Below the pieces are notes generated by a model. The model ran no database searches and was not told the origin of the DNA. It saw only the letters and a program-made list of their open reading frames with translations. The translations under genes were made by a program, and so were the position numbers. This document shows, piece by piece, positions 49,515 to 58,999 of a DNA stretch of 64,000 nucleotides. The stretch lies in the NCBI GenBank assembly GCA_038208295.1, contig JBBQYX010000010.1, positions 1,818 to 65,817 on the forward strand. The letters run 5' to 3'. The DNA is from Candidatus Nanopelagicales bacterium (lineage in GTDB: Bacteria; Actinomycetota; Actinomycetes; S36-B12; JBBQYX01). Positions within the stretch are counted from its first letter, which is position 1, and each line of letters begins with the position of its first letter.

Positions 49515-51482
49515 TCACAAGTTGTGCGCGGGAACCGCGTCGGCTTCGACGAAGGAACTCCGCACCACCGGCAGCGGCAACAGCGTGGCGCCGGTGGGCC
49601 CGATCTGGATGGAGGTGTCCATCTGGTCGCATACTCCGCAGTCGTAGCAGGGCGTCCAGCGGCAGTCTTCCACTGAGCCGCCGGACAGGGCCGTCTGCCA
49701 GTCCTCCCACAGCCAGTCCTTGTCCAGGCCGGAATCCAAATGGTCCCAAGGCAGGACCTCGTCCTGCTGGCGCTCCCGAGTGGTGAACCAGTCCACATCG
49801 ACGATGTCGTCCGTCCACACATTCTCGGCAGCGGTCATCCAGCGTTCGTAGGAGAAGTGCTCACTCCAGCCGTCGAAACGGCCGCCATCGCGCCACACCG
49901 CCTCGATCACAGCGCCCACCCGGCGATCCCCTCGCGATAGCAAACCCTCGACGATTCCAGGCCGCCCGTCGTGGTAGCGGAAACCGATGGCCTTGGCATA
50001 GTTGCGGTCCGACCGAATAGCGTCCCGCAACTTGTCGAGCCGAGCGTCGGTCTCCTCGGCGGGGAGTTGGCCGGCCCACTGGAATGGTGTGTGCGGTTTG
50101 GGAACGAACCCGCCGATGCTGACCGTGCAGCGGATGTCCCGGGTCCCGGTCGCGCTGCGGCCGGTTTGGATCACCCGCTTGGCCAGGTCGGCGATCTGCA
50201 GTACGTCCTCGTCGGTCTCGGTCGGCAATCCGCACATGAAATACAGCTTGACCTGACGCCAGCCAGCCGAATACGCGGTCGTGACGGTGCGAATCAGGTC
50301 GTCCTCGGTCACCATCTTGTTGATGACCTGCCGCATCCGTTCGCTGCCGCCCTCAGGTGCGAAGGTCAGGCCGCTGCGCCGACCGTTGCGGGACAACTCG
50401 TTGGCCAGGTCGACATTGAACGCGTCGACCCGGGTGCTCGGCAGACTCAGCGCGGTCTGCGTCCCCTCATAGCGGTCCGCCAGCCCCTTGGCGAGTTCGG
50501 CGATCTCACTATGGTCGGCGCTGGACAGGCTGAGCATCCCGACTTCCTCATACCCGGTGCGCTGCAGCCCATTGTCGATCATGTCGGCCAGGGTGCTCAT
50601 GGAGCGTTCCCGTACGGGCCGGGTGATCATGCCCGCCTGGCAGAACCGGCAGCCCCGCGTACAGCCCCGGAAGATCTCGACTGAGAGGCGCTCGTGCACG
50701 GTTTCGGCCAGCGGCACCAGAGGCTTCTTCGGGTACGCCCACTCGTCCAGGTCCATCAGCGTGTGCTTGGAGACCCGCCAGGGCACGTCGTCGAACAAGG
50801 GCGTGACCCGCCGGATTCGCCCGTCGGGCAGGTATTCCACGTCGTACAGCGACGGCACATAGACCGAACCGGTTGCCGCCAGCCGGCGCAGCAGCCCAGC
50901 CCGCCCCTCGGGACGATCGGCGGCCTTCCAGGCTCGGACCACGTTGCTGATCAGGAGGACGGCCTCCTCGCCGTCGCCGAGCACTGCCGCATCGATGAAG
51001 GACGCCACGGGTTCGGGGTTGAAGGCGGCGTGCCCGCCGGCTACCACGACGGGGTGTTCCAGGGTTCGATCCGCCGCGTGCAGCGGAATCCCGGCCAGGT
51101 CGAGCGCGGTCAACATGTTCGTGTAGCCGAGTTCGGTGGAGAAACTCAGTCCCAGCAGGTCGAAACTCCCCACCGGTCGATGGGCGTCGACGGTGAACTG
51201 TGGGACGCCGGCCTCCCGCATCAACGACTCCAGGTCCGGCCAGACGGCGTACGTACGCTCGGCCAGCACGTCCGGTTGCTCGTTGAGCACCTCGTAGAGG
51301 ATCTGGACGCCCTGGTTGGGCGCACCCACCTCGTACGCGTCGGGGTACATCAGCGCCCAGCGCACTTCTGCCGCGTCCCAGTCCTTGACGGTCGCGTTCA
51401 ACTCGCCGCCGACGTACTGGATCGGCTTGGAGACCCGCGGCAGCAGGCTCTCCAGCGCGGGGAAGACGGATTCGACGGGCAT
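49515..51482 (-). CDS. TIGR03960-like B12-binding-domain radical SAM protein
   Basis: 'FRGCTRGCRFCQAG' CX3CX2C cluster motif, a B12-binding-like N-terminal region and a C-terminal Cys cluster 'CRWTPCYDCGVC'. ATG 51482 checked. Confidence 0.8.
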   Translation of the reverse strand: MPVESVFPALESLLPRVSKPIQYVGGELNATVKDWDAAEVRWALMYPDAYEVGAPNQGVQILYEVLNEQPDVLAERTYAVWPDLESLMREAGVPQFTVDAHRPVGSFDLLGLSFSTELGYTNMLTALDLAGIPLHAADRTLEHPVVVAGGHAAFNPEPVASFIDAAVLGDGEEAVLLISNVVRAWKAADRPEGRAGLLRRLAATGSVYVPSLYDVEYLPDGRIRRVTPLFDDVPWRVSKHTLMDLDEWAYPKKPLVPLAETVHERLSVEIFRGCTRGCRFCQAGMITRPVRERSMSTLADMIDNGLQRTGYEEVGMLSLSSADHSEIAELAKGLADRYEGTQTALSLPSTRVDAFNVDLANELSRNGRRSGLTFAPEGGSERMRQVINKMVTEDDLIRTVTTAYSAGWRQVKLYFMCGLPTETDEDVLQIADLAKRVIQTGRSATGTRDIRCTVSIGGFVPKPHTPFQWAGQLPAEETDARLDKLRDAIRSDRNYAKAIGFRYHDGRPGIVEGLLSRGDRRVGAVIEAVWRDGGRFDGWSEHFSYERWMTAAENVWTDDIVDVDWFTTRERQQDEVLPWDHLDSGLDKDWLWEDWQTALSGGSVEDCRWTPCYDCGVCDQMDTSIQIGPTGATLLPLPVVRSSFVEADAVPAHNL

Positions 51483-51641
51483 CGGCGGGACTCTCGGTGT
51501 CGGCGGCAGGTGTCGGCAGTGGCTGTCAGCATTTGTTGTCAGCAGGGGATGTCGGGAACGCCGACCGGACACCAGCCAGGCTACCCGGCCGGGGTGCCGC
51601 ACGGTCAGACGCTGTTGGCCGACACTGCCCGGACCCGGGCG

Positions 51642-52823
51642 CTACTCGGCGTGCCGCAGATGCACGTTCTGCAGCAGTCCGATGGCTATCCAGGTGGCGA
51701 ACATGGAGGTCCCGCCGTACGACACGAACGGCAACGGCACCCCGGTCACCGGCATGATCCCGAGGTTCATCCCGATGTTTTCGAATGCCTGGAAGGACAG
51801 CCATGCCACGACGCCCGTCGCAACGAGTCGGCCGAACATATCGTCCGCTCGGCGGGCGATGCGGATGCCCCGCCAGACCACGATCCCGAGTAGCACGATC
51901 ACGAGGGCCGCACCGATGAAACCGAGTTCCTCCCCCGCGACCGTCATGATGAAGTCGCTCTCGTTGACGGGGACGAAGTTGCCCTGGGTCTGCGATCCTT
52001 GGAACAAGCCGCGGCCGAAGACGCCGCCGTTACCGATCGCGATCGCCGCCTGCCGGACGTTGAACGACGCGTCGGTCGGATCAGCCTCGGGGTCCACAAA
52101 GGAGGTCAGTCGGCCCACCTGGTAGTCCTGCAGCAGATGAAACTGAATAGCCACCAGCAGCGCCACAACCGCCCCGACGAGCATCCCGATGACCCACCGC
52201 GTCCGGGCGCCCGAGACGGCGACCATGGCGACGATGATGGTGCCCACGATGAGCACCGTGCCGGTGTCGTTCTGGTATTTCAGGATGTATGCCATCGGCA
52301 CCGCCGCGAGCGCGAGTGCCTGCAGCACATCGGAGTCCCGCGGTTCGCTCTCCGCATCCCGCTTCTCCGCCAAGATCATGGCGATGGCGAGAATGAGGGC
52401 GATCTTCATGAACTCACCCGGCTGGACAGTGCCCAGACCCGGCACCTTGAGCCACGCCTGGGCGCCCGCGATCTTCACGCCGATCCCGGGCAGGTACGTG
52501 GCCAGCAGCAACAGGAAACTGACCACGTACAGCACCGGGGTGTAGGCGCGCATCAGCCGGTAGTCGACCCGCGACACCAGGAACGCCAGGCCTATCCCGA
52601 TCGCGGCGTTGAGCAGGTGCCGCTTGAGGAAGTACTGCAGATCTCCCATCAGCGGCGCCTGGTCGCCCCGCGACGCCGACCACACCAGAATCGCGCCGTA
52701 GACCGACAGCGCGATCGCGGCGATCAGCAGGACCCAGTCCAGCTCACGCAGGTAGGAGCGCCGGTCGTCGGCCCGCAGGTCGGCCCGGGTCCGTGAATAG
52801 GTCGTCGGGTATCCGTAACTCAT
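51642..52823 (-). CDS. rodA: Rod shape-determining protein RodA (FtsW/RodA/SpoVE family)
   Basis: 10-TM SEDS-type ORF directly downstream of PBP2. ATG 52823. Confidence 0.85.
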   Translation of the reverse strand: MSYGYPTTYSRTRADLRADDRRSYLRELDWVLLIAAIALSVYGAILVWSASRGDQAPLMGDLQYFLKRHLLNAAIGIGLAFLVSRVDYRLMRAYTPVLYVVSFLLLLATYLPGIGVKIAGAQAWLKVPGLGTVQPGEFMKIALILAIAMILAEKRDAESEPRDSDVLQALALAAVPMAYILKYQNDTGTVLIVGTIIVAMVAVSGARTRWVIGMLVGAVVALLVAIQFHLLQDYQVGRLTSFVDPEADPTDASFNVRQAAIAIGNGGVFGRGLFQGSQTQGNFVPVNESDFIMTVAGEELGFIGAALVIVLLGIVVWRGIRIARRADDMFGRLVATGVVAWLSFQAFENIGMNLGIMPVTGVPLPFVSYGGTSMFATWIAIGLLQNVHLRHAE

Positions 52824-52836
52824 CGACGCGCCCGCA

Positions 52837-55224
52837 TCACGGTCGACGCGCTGGGGTCGTTGGCGGGTGGCCGCGCCGACCCGGGGGTCCACGGCGCGGT
52901 CGGCCGGCACGGCTCGAAACGGTGGCCACCACGGCAGCTCCGTCAAAGCCGCCAGAGCTATCAGGGCCGCCAGCACCGGTCCCAGTGCCAGCGCTGGCCG
53001 ATCCCGGCGAAGCCGACGAGGTCACCGCGGCGGCGGTCGGAGCGGGCGCAGCCGGTGGTGCCGCGATCTTGGGCGACCCTTCCTGGCCGGCCGGGACCAC
53101 GGGGGTACCGTCGGAACGGACCTTCGGCAGCGTTGTCGCCGGTTGGCCACCGACCAGCACGCCCGAGGCCGGGTTCACGCTCTGCCCCTTGACGCCGAAC
53201 AGGGCCTCATAAATCTTCCGGACGATCGGGCCGGAGGTGCCGGAGCCGGTGCCCCCCTCACTGACCATCGCCACCACGGCATACCGCGGATTGTTCGCGG
53301 GGGCGAAAGAGGCGAACCAGGAGGTCGACTGCTTGCCGTCGACCTGCGCCGATCCGGTCTTGGACGCCACCGGCAGTCTGTCCAGCGGGAATCCCTTGAA
53401 CGGCGACCGGCCGGTGCCGTCGGTGGTGACCCCCGCCAGCGACTTCCGGAGAAAGGCCAAGGTGGCGGGTGAGGCGTCGACCTTCCCGGTCGCCTTGGGG
53501 GTGAACGCCTTGATGACCTTGCCGTTGCTGCGGACCAGCGCCGTGGCGATCATCGGCTGCCAGCGGGTGCCGCCGTTGGCGATCGCCGCGTAGCCGGTGG
53601 CGAGTTGCAGGGGCGTGATGATCGTGTCGCCCTGGCCGATGGCGGCGTTCAGCGCGTCACCCTCGCGCCACCGGAAACCCTCGGTGCAGTTCTCCCGGTC
53701 CAGCGCCGTGTTCAGGTTCGCCTGGGTCGGATCCGTCTTGCGCAGTTCGGGGTAGCCGGCGGCCGCGGCCTGGCACCATGCCTCGTGCCGCTCGTCCCAC
53801 AGCGCCTGCTTGAACGCGCGACTGCCCACCCGCCCGCGGCTCTCACCGGGCAGGTCGATGCCGGTACGGGATCCCAGGCCGAAGGACTTGGCCGCCGTGG
53901 CGATGGGGTCGGCGGCCGTGGGCTTGGCATTCAGACCGCCGGCGGACTTCCACATGGTGTCCGCGATGCCGTAGAAGACGGTGTTGCAGGACACCTCAAG
54001 CGCGCGCGACAGACTGATCGTTCCGTAGCCGCGGGATTCGTGGTTCGCGAAACTGCGGTCACCTGCGCGGTAGACGTTGGGGCACTGGTAACTGCTGTTC
54101 AACCCCATCCCGGAGTTCGCCGCGCCGACCGTCGAAAACGCCTTGAATGTCGACCCGGGGGCGAACAGCCCCTGCACCGCACGAGAGGTCAGCGGCAGGC
54201 CGTTCTCCTTGGAGATCAGTGCGTTGTATTCCTTGGCCGTGATCCCCCCGACCCAGACGGATGGGTCGTAGGTGGGATAGGACGCCATCGACAAGACCCG
54301 GCCGGTACGTACGTCCAACACGACCGCAGCGCCCGAGTCCGCGACGTAGTTGCGACCGGTCGTGGGGTCGTTGGCCTTCCGGGCGGTGGCGATGGCGTCG
54401 GCGAGGGCCTTCTCGGTGACCGACTGCAACCGGGCGTCCAAGGACGTCACGAGATACGAGCCGGGGGTGGAGTCGACCGTGCCGAGGGTGCCGGTGACCC
54501 GTCCGGCCTTGTCGACCGCGAGGCGGGTGACCCCCGGCTTGCCGCGCAGTTGCGCGTCGTATTCCCGTTCCGCCCCGGCGCGGCCGATGAGGTCGTTGCG
54601 GCGCAACTTGGTCGCGGGGTCGGTCGAGGCGGCCGCCTTCTGGACGGCGAGCTCCTCCTCGTTGACGGGGCCGAGGTAGCCGACCAAGTGGGCGCCGTTC
54701 ACCCCGTACGGCTCCGGATACTCCCGGACGGCCTCCAACTCGGCCTGCACACCCGGGAAGGCGGTCCGCCGTTCCATGATCTTCAGCGCGGTGACGGTGG
54801 GCACGTCCTTGGCTACCGGGATCGGCTGGTAGGGCGAGCCGTTCCAGCAGATCGGGGGCTTGCGGTGCGCCCGCGGTCCGCACAGTTCCAGCCGGTACGA
54901 CAGCTCGGTGGGGTCGCTGCCCAATGCCTGGGCCAGCCGCTGCAGCACCGCGACTCCATCGTCGGGCTGCCTCTCAAGCACCGTACGGTCGACCGAGACC
55001 ACCAGTGAGGTCCGGTTAGCGACCAGCGGTCGCCCCACCTGGTCCAGCACCAGGCCGCGCACCGCGGGGGTCACGATCTCGCGAACACCGTTGTCGGCCG
55101 CGGACTGCCGATAGGAGTCACCGGTGACCAACTGGAGGTAGAACAGGCGACCGAGCAGGGTGCCCAACAACGAGATCACGAGCACCCCGAAAACCATCAA
55201 CCGCAGGGTCGATCGGTCGCTCAT
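52837..55224 (-). CDS. mrdA: Penicillin-binding protein 2 (elongation transpeptidase) with an Ala/Pro/Gly-rich tail
   Basis: SxxK 'GSTFK', SxN 'SCN' and KTG 'SKTGSA'. Sits in the mreBCD-mrdA-rodA cluster. Confidence 0.85.
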   Translation of the reverse strand: MSDRSTLRLMVFGVLVISLLGTLLGRLFYLQLVTGDSYRQSAADNGVREIVTPAVRGLVLDQVGRPLVANRTSLVVSVDRTVLERQPDDGVAVLQRLAQALGSDPTELSYRLELCGPRAHRKPPICWNGSPYQPIPVAKDVPTVTALKIMERRTAFPGVQAELEAVREYPEPYGVNGAHLVGYLGPVNEEELAVQKAAASTDPATKLRRNDLIGRAGAEREYDAQLRGKPGVTRLAVDKAGRVTGTLGTVDSTPGSYLVTSLDARLQSVTEKALADAIATARKANDPTTGRNYVADSGAAVVLDVRTGRVLSMASYPTYDPSVWVGGITAKEYNALISKENGLPLTSRAVQGLFAPGSTFKAFSTVGAANSGMGLNSSYQCPNVYRAGDRSFANHESRGYGTISLSRALEVSCNTVFYGIADTMWKSAGGLNAKPTAADPIATAAKSFGLGSRTGIDLPGESRGRVGSRAFKQALWDERHEAWCQAAAAGYPELRKTDPTQANLNTALDRENCTEGFRWREGDALNAAIGQGDTIITPLQLATGYAAIANGGTRWQPMIATALVRSNGKVIKAFTPKATGKVDASPATLAFLRKSLAGVTTDGTGRSPFKGFPLDRLPVASKTGSAQVDGKQSTSWFASFAPANNPRYAVVAMVSEGGTGSGTSGPIVRKIYEALFGVKGQSVNPASGVLVGGQPATTLPKVRSDGTPVVPAGQEGSPKIAAPPAAPAPTAAAVTSSASPGSASAGTGTGAGGPDSSGGFDGAAVVATVSSRAGRPRRGPPGRRGHPPTTPARRP

Positions 55225-55315
55225 CGCTGCCTTTCACCGGGGCATGTGGATAGGCATGGGGATGCACCGGCTCTAGCATCGCGCGGTACGCGTATCGAGG
55301 GAACCGACGTCGGGA

Positions 55316-55822
55316 TCATGGCCAGGGTTCCCGCTCCGGCCGGCGGGCCAGGGCCGCCAGCACGGGCAGCACAAAGGTGGCGAGGATGACCGCGTACAGG
55401 ATCTCGGTCAACACCAGGACCGGTACGTCGTCCCACAGCACCCGCGCATCTCCCACCAGACTGCCCAAGGCCGCCGTACCCAGGATGTAGGCGGCTCCGG
55501 CCGTGGCCACCGTGCCCAGGACGACCAGGACCGGCCGGTCGTCTGAATCGTCCAGCAGTCCGCAGGCGTAGCCGATCGCGGCCAGCAGTAGAGCATCCAA
55601 GCCGAGCACCCCGGCCGCCGGCGGGACGATGTCCAGCAGCAGCCCGGCGGTGAAGCCCGTGGCAGCGCCACCGGCCGGCCCGAACGCCAGCCCCACCCCC
55701 ACGACGATCACCAGCAGCAGGTCCGGGGTGGCACCGGGCAGCGGCAGTCGACTGAGGACGGTCAATTGGAGCAGTAGGGCCGTCAGGATCACGACCGTCA
55801 GCACGAGGACCCGCCGGGCCAT
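55316..55822 (-). CDS. mreD: Rod shape-determining protein MreD
   Basis: 168-aa poly-TM ORF starting MARRVLVLTVVIL, placed between mreC and mrdA. Confidence 0.7.
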   Translation of the reverse strand: MARRVLVLTVVILTALLLQLTVLSRLPLPGATPDLLLVIVVGVGLAFGPAGGAATGFTAGLLLDIVPPAAGVLGLDALLLAAIGYACGLLDDSDDRPVLVVLGTVATAGAAYILGTAALGSLVGDARVLWDDVPVLVLTEILYAVILATFVLPVLAALARRPEREPWP

Positions 55823-55838
55823 GGCTAGGCCACCATGC

Positions 55839-56801
55839 CTAGTTCGTGCCCGGCGTCGTCGTAGCCCCGCCGGAAACACCCGGAGCCGGACTGGGCGCCG
55901 GTGGACTGGCTGAAGGTGAGGTCGAGGGTGAGGCATTCGGCGTGGGTTTAGGTGGGAGTACGGAGTCCCGGGGGTCTGTTCGGGGCGGCGCGATGACCAC
56001 ACCGACGATGTCGAGGCTGGACACCTGGACGTAGGGACGCACGATGGCCAGCCGGGTGAGCTGACCCGGCGTGCCGCGTACCTCGGTGATCTCCCCAACC
56101 GGCAGCCCAGCCGCGTACATGGTGCCGGCGACTCCGGTGACCAGCCGGTCGCCCTTGCGGACGGGGGCCAGCGGGTCGAGCAACTGCATCTGCAACTGGT
56201 CTTGACGACCCAACCCGGACAGCACACCGATCTGCTGGGAGCCGGCCACCCGGACACCCACCGCGGTGGTGACGTCGACCACCAGGACGACGGTGCTGGT
56301 GGTGGCGGAGGCCTGGATCACGCTGCCTACCAGCCCGTCGCCGTTGATGACCGTCATCCCCGGTTTGACTCCGTCGCGGCGGCCGACGTCCAGCGCCACC
56401 GTCCAGGCAAAACCTTGCGCCGGCCCGACCGCTGCCACCTGAGCGGGCACCGTGCGGTACTGACCCGCACCCGCGACCCGCAACAGCCTGGCGAGCTGCT
56501 CGGCCCGGGCGGACTGGGCTGGCTCGGCGGCCGCCTGGGCACGGAGCCGGGCATTCTCGCGTTCGAGTTCGGCAATGCGCTCGTCCTGCGAGCCCCACGA
56601 CCCCACTGAGGTGACAAAGTCGCGTACGGGGGACACGACCGCTGCAGCGGCCCGCTCCACCGGACCGAAGACAGTCGAGCCGACAGAGCGCAGCGGTGCG
56701 AGGACACCACCATCGCCGCCGCGCAGGTCCAGGGCCACCAGCGTCAGGGCGGTGAGCAGCAGTACCGCTAGCACCGCCCGGGTCCGCCTGGTGTCCCTCA
56801 T
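55839..56801 (-). CDS. mreC: Rod shape-determining protein MreC
   Basis: N-terminal TM helix, coiled-coil 'ELERENARLRAQ' and beta-barrel domains. Start is 56801 or 56846. Confidence 0.85.
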   Translation of the reverse strand: MRDTRRTRAVLAVLLLTALTLVALDLRGGDGGVLAPLRSVGSTVFGPVERAAAAVVSPVRDFVTSVGSWGSQDERIAELERENARLRAQAAAEPAQSARAEQLARLLRVAGAGQYRTVPAQVAAVGPAQGFAWTVALDVGRRDGVKPGMTVINGDGLVGSVIQASATTSTVVLVVDVTTAVGVRVAGSQQIGVLSGLGRQDQLQMQLLDPLAPVRKGDRLVTGVAGTMYAAGLPVGEITEVRGTPGQLTRLAIVRPYVQVSSLDIVGVVIAPPRTDPRDSVLPPKPTPNASPSTSPSASPPAPSPAPGVSGGATTTPGTN

Positions 56802-56876
56802 CGCCCCTCGTTCACGCCGGTCACGTGCGGCGACCCGAGCTGCCATCTGCTGCGGGCGTGTTCCTCGCAGCCTCGG

Positions 56877-57908
56877 TCAGCGACGTGGCTCGGAGATAAG
56901 AACCTGCTGCAGCGCGTCGAACTCCTCCACGCACTTGCCTGAACCCAACGCGACACAGTCCAAGGGGTTGTCCGCGATCAGGATCGGCATCTGGGTCTCG
57001 TGCCGCAGCCGCTCGTCCAGGCCCTTGAGCAGGGCACCGCCGCCGGTCAGCACGATGCCGCGGTCCATGATGTCGCCGGACAACTCCGGCGGAGTGCGGT
57101 CCAGGGTGGTCTTAACGGCGTCGACGACCGCGTTGACCGGTTCGTCGATGGCCCGGCGGATCTCCTCGGCGGTCACCACGACGGTACGCGGCAGCCCCGA
57201 GACCAGGTCCCGACCACGGATTTCCGCGTGCGGCTCATCGGGCATCGGGAAAGCCGACCCGATCGCCATCTTGATCTCTTCCGCGGTCCGCTCCCCGAGC
57301 ATCAGGGAGTATTCCTTCTTCACGTAATTGATGATCGAGGTGTCGAGCTCGTCGCCGCCGGTCCGGATCGAGATGCTCGTCACGATGCCGCCGAGGGAGA
57401 TGACCGCGACCTCGCTGGTGCCACCGCCGATGTCCACCACCATGTTGCCGGTCGGTTCGTGCACCGGCAGCCCGGCGCCGATCGCCGCCGCCATCGGCTC
57501 CTCGATGATGAACACCTTGCGCGCGCCAGCGGCATACCCGGCGTCCTTGACAGCCCGCTGCTCGACCCCGGTGATCCCGGAGGGTACGCAGACCACCAAT
57601 CGCGGCTTGGCCAGGTGCCGCCGCTTGTGGACCTTCTGGATGAAGTAGCGCAGCATCCGCTCGGTGGTGTCGAAGTCGGCGATGACGCCGTCCTTCAGCG
57701 GCCGGATGGCCACGATGTTGCCGGGCGTACGGCCGATCATCCGCTTCGCCTCAGCCCCGACGGCGAGGATCCCGCCGGTGTTCTGGTTGATCGCGACCAC
57801 GCTGGGTTCGTTCAGGACAATGCCCCGGCCGCGCACATACACCAACGTGTTTGCGGTACCGAGGTCGACGGCCATGTCGCGGCCGATGAAGGACAAGTTG
57901 TTGGCCAT
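56877..57908 (-). CDS. mreB: Rod shape-determining protein MreB
   Basis: '[28 protein letters not shown]' and the actin-fold phosphate motifs. Confidence 0.95.
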   Translation of the reverse strand: MANNLSFIGRDMAVDLGTANTLVYVRGRGIVLNEPSVVAINQNTGGILAVGAEAKRMIGRTPGNIVAIRPLKDGVIADFDTTERMLRYFIQKVHKRRHLAKPRLVVCVPSGITGVEQRAVKDAGYAAGARKVFIIEEPMAAAIGAGLPVHEPTGNMVVDIGGGTSEVAVISLGGIVTSISIRTGGDELDTSIINYVKKEYSLMLGERTAEEIKMAIGSAFPMPDEPHAEIRGRDLVSGLPRTVVVTAEEIRRAIDEPVNAVVDAVKTTLDRTPPELSGDIMDRGIVLTGGGALLKGLDERLRHETQMPILIADNPLDCVALGSGKCVEEFDALQQVLISEPRR

Positions 57909-58065
57909 GACGGCGTCGGGGCCTTCCGGGGGACGGGCGGGATAAGAACGGCGCACGGCGACCCTGGCAGGGGGCGAGGCGGACCGGTCGGTGGCCACAT
58001 GGTACGACGGGCCACGGGTGCCGGACTAATCCCGCAACAGAGCTGTCAACGTCCCCCGAGGCCCA

Positions 58066-58485
58066 TCAGGGCAGGGCGGGGAAAAATAATCCGATCTCGC
58101 GTACGGCGGACTCCGGCGAATCCGAGCCGTGCGTCACATTGTTCTGGGTCACGGTCGCAAGATCCCCGCGAATGGTGCCTGGCGCGGCGTTCGCCGGGTT
58201 GGTGGCGCCCATCATCGTGCGCCACGCCACAATCGCGTCAGGGCCCTCGATGACCGCCGCCAGCAACGGGCCGCCGGTGATGAAATCGACCAGATCGGTG
58301 AAGAACGGCTTATCCCGGTGCTCGCCGTAGTGCTCCTGCGCGATCTCGCGTTCCAGGGTACGCAACTCCATCGCCACCAGCGTGAAGCCCTTGCGCTCGA
58401 TGCGGCCCAGCACCTCCCCCACCAGCCCGCGGCGGACACCGTCCGGCTTGACCAAGGCCAAGGTGCGTTCGCTGCGCTCGCTCAC
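58066..58485 (-). CDS. ndk: Nucleoside-diphosphate kinase
   Basis: '[12 protein letters not shown]' and the active-site 'NVTHGSDS'. Confidence 0.95.
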   Translation of the reverse strand: MSERSERTLALVKPDGVRRGLVGEVLGRIERKGFTLVAMELRTLEREIAQEHYGEHRDKPFFTDLVDFITGGPLLAAVIEGPDAIVAWRTMMGATNPANAAPGTIRGDLATVTQNNVTHGSDSPESAVREIGLFFPALP

Positions 58486-58571
58486 GACGGTGTCTCCTCA
58501 TCGGCAGGTTCGGGTATTCATCGTCAGGTTCGGGTTCGAGTACGCAAGGCCCGGCTCAGGCCGCGGGCAGC

Positions 58572-58994
58572 CTAACGACCCGTATCCGGGCCGGGCGCCG
58601 GCGGGCGGTCATCCGTACTCCCACCGGCATCCTCGCCGGCACCGCCGTCGGACCGGCCCTCCTGGGCGGCGGCATAGCCGGCCCTGATCCCGTCCGCCTG
58701 GCGGCCGTAGTGCACCGCTGCCCACCACAGCAGGGCGAACAACCCACCCACGACGAACATCAGCGGGACGACCACACCGGTGGCCACGATCCAGCCCTGG
58801 ATCACCCAGCCGAGCCCGACGCCCCAGCCTCGGCCGAGTCCGGCGACGGCCGCGAGGCAGCCGAGCACCAGCAGGGCGGCACCCCAGCCGATCCAGCGCC
58901 CGTCGGCCACCGTCCCCGTGGTCAGGGCGACCGGTACGAACAGGCCGATCACGATCGCTTCGAAGATCAGCACCGAGCTGCCCAGGACGCGCAC
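58572..58994 (-). CDS. DUF4233 domain-containing membrane protein
   Basis: Small poly-TM ORF in the conserved slot between folC and ndk. Confidence 0.6.
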   Translation of the reverse strand: MRVLGSSVLIFEAIVIGLFVPVALTTGTVADGRWIGWGAALLVLGCLAAVAGLGRGWGVGLGWVIQGWIVATGVVVPLMFVVGGLFALLWWAAVHYGRQADGIRAGYAAAQEGRSDGGAGEDAGGSTDDRPPAPGPDTGR

Positions 58995-58999
58995 GCCGA

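Noticed and set aside
58044-58049. TTGACA on the minus strand upstream of mreB as a -35 box
   Set aside because: I found no acceptable TAnnnT -10 hexamer at 16-19 nt spacing, so the evidence is too weak to annotate.
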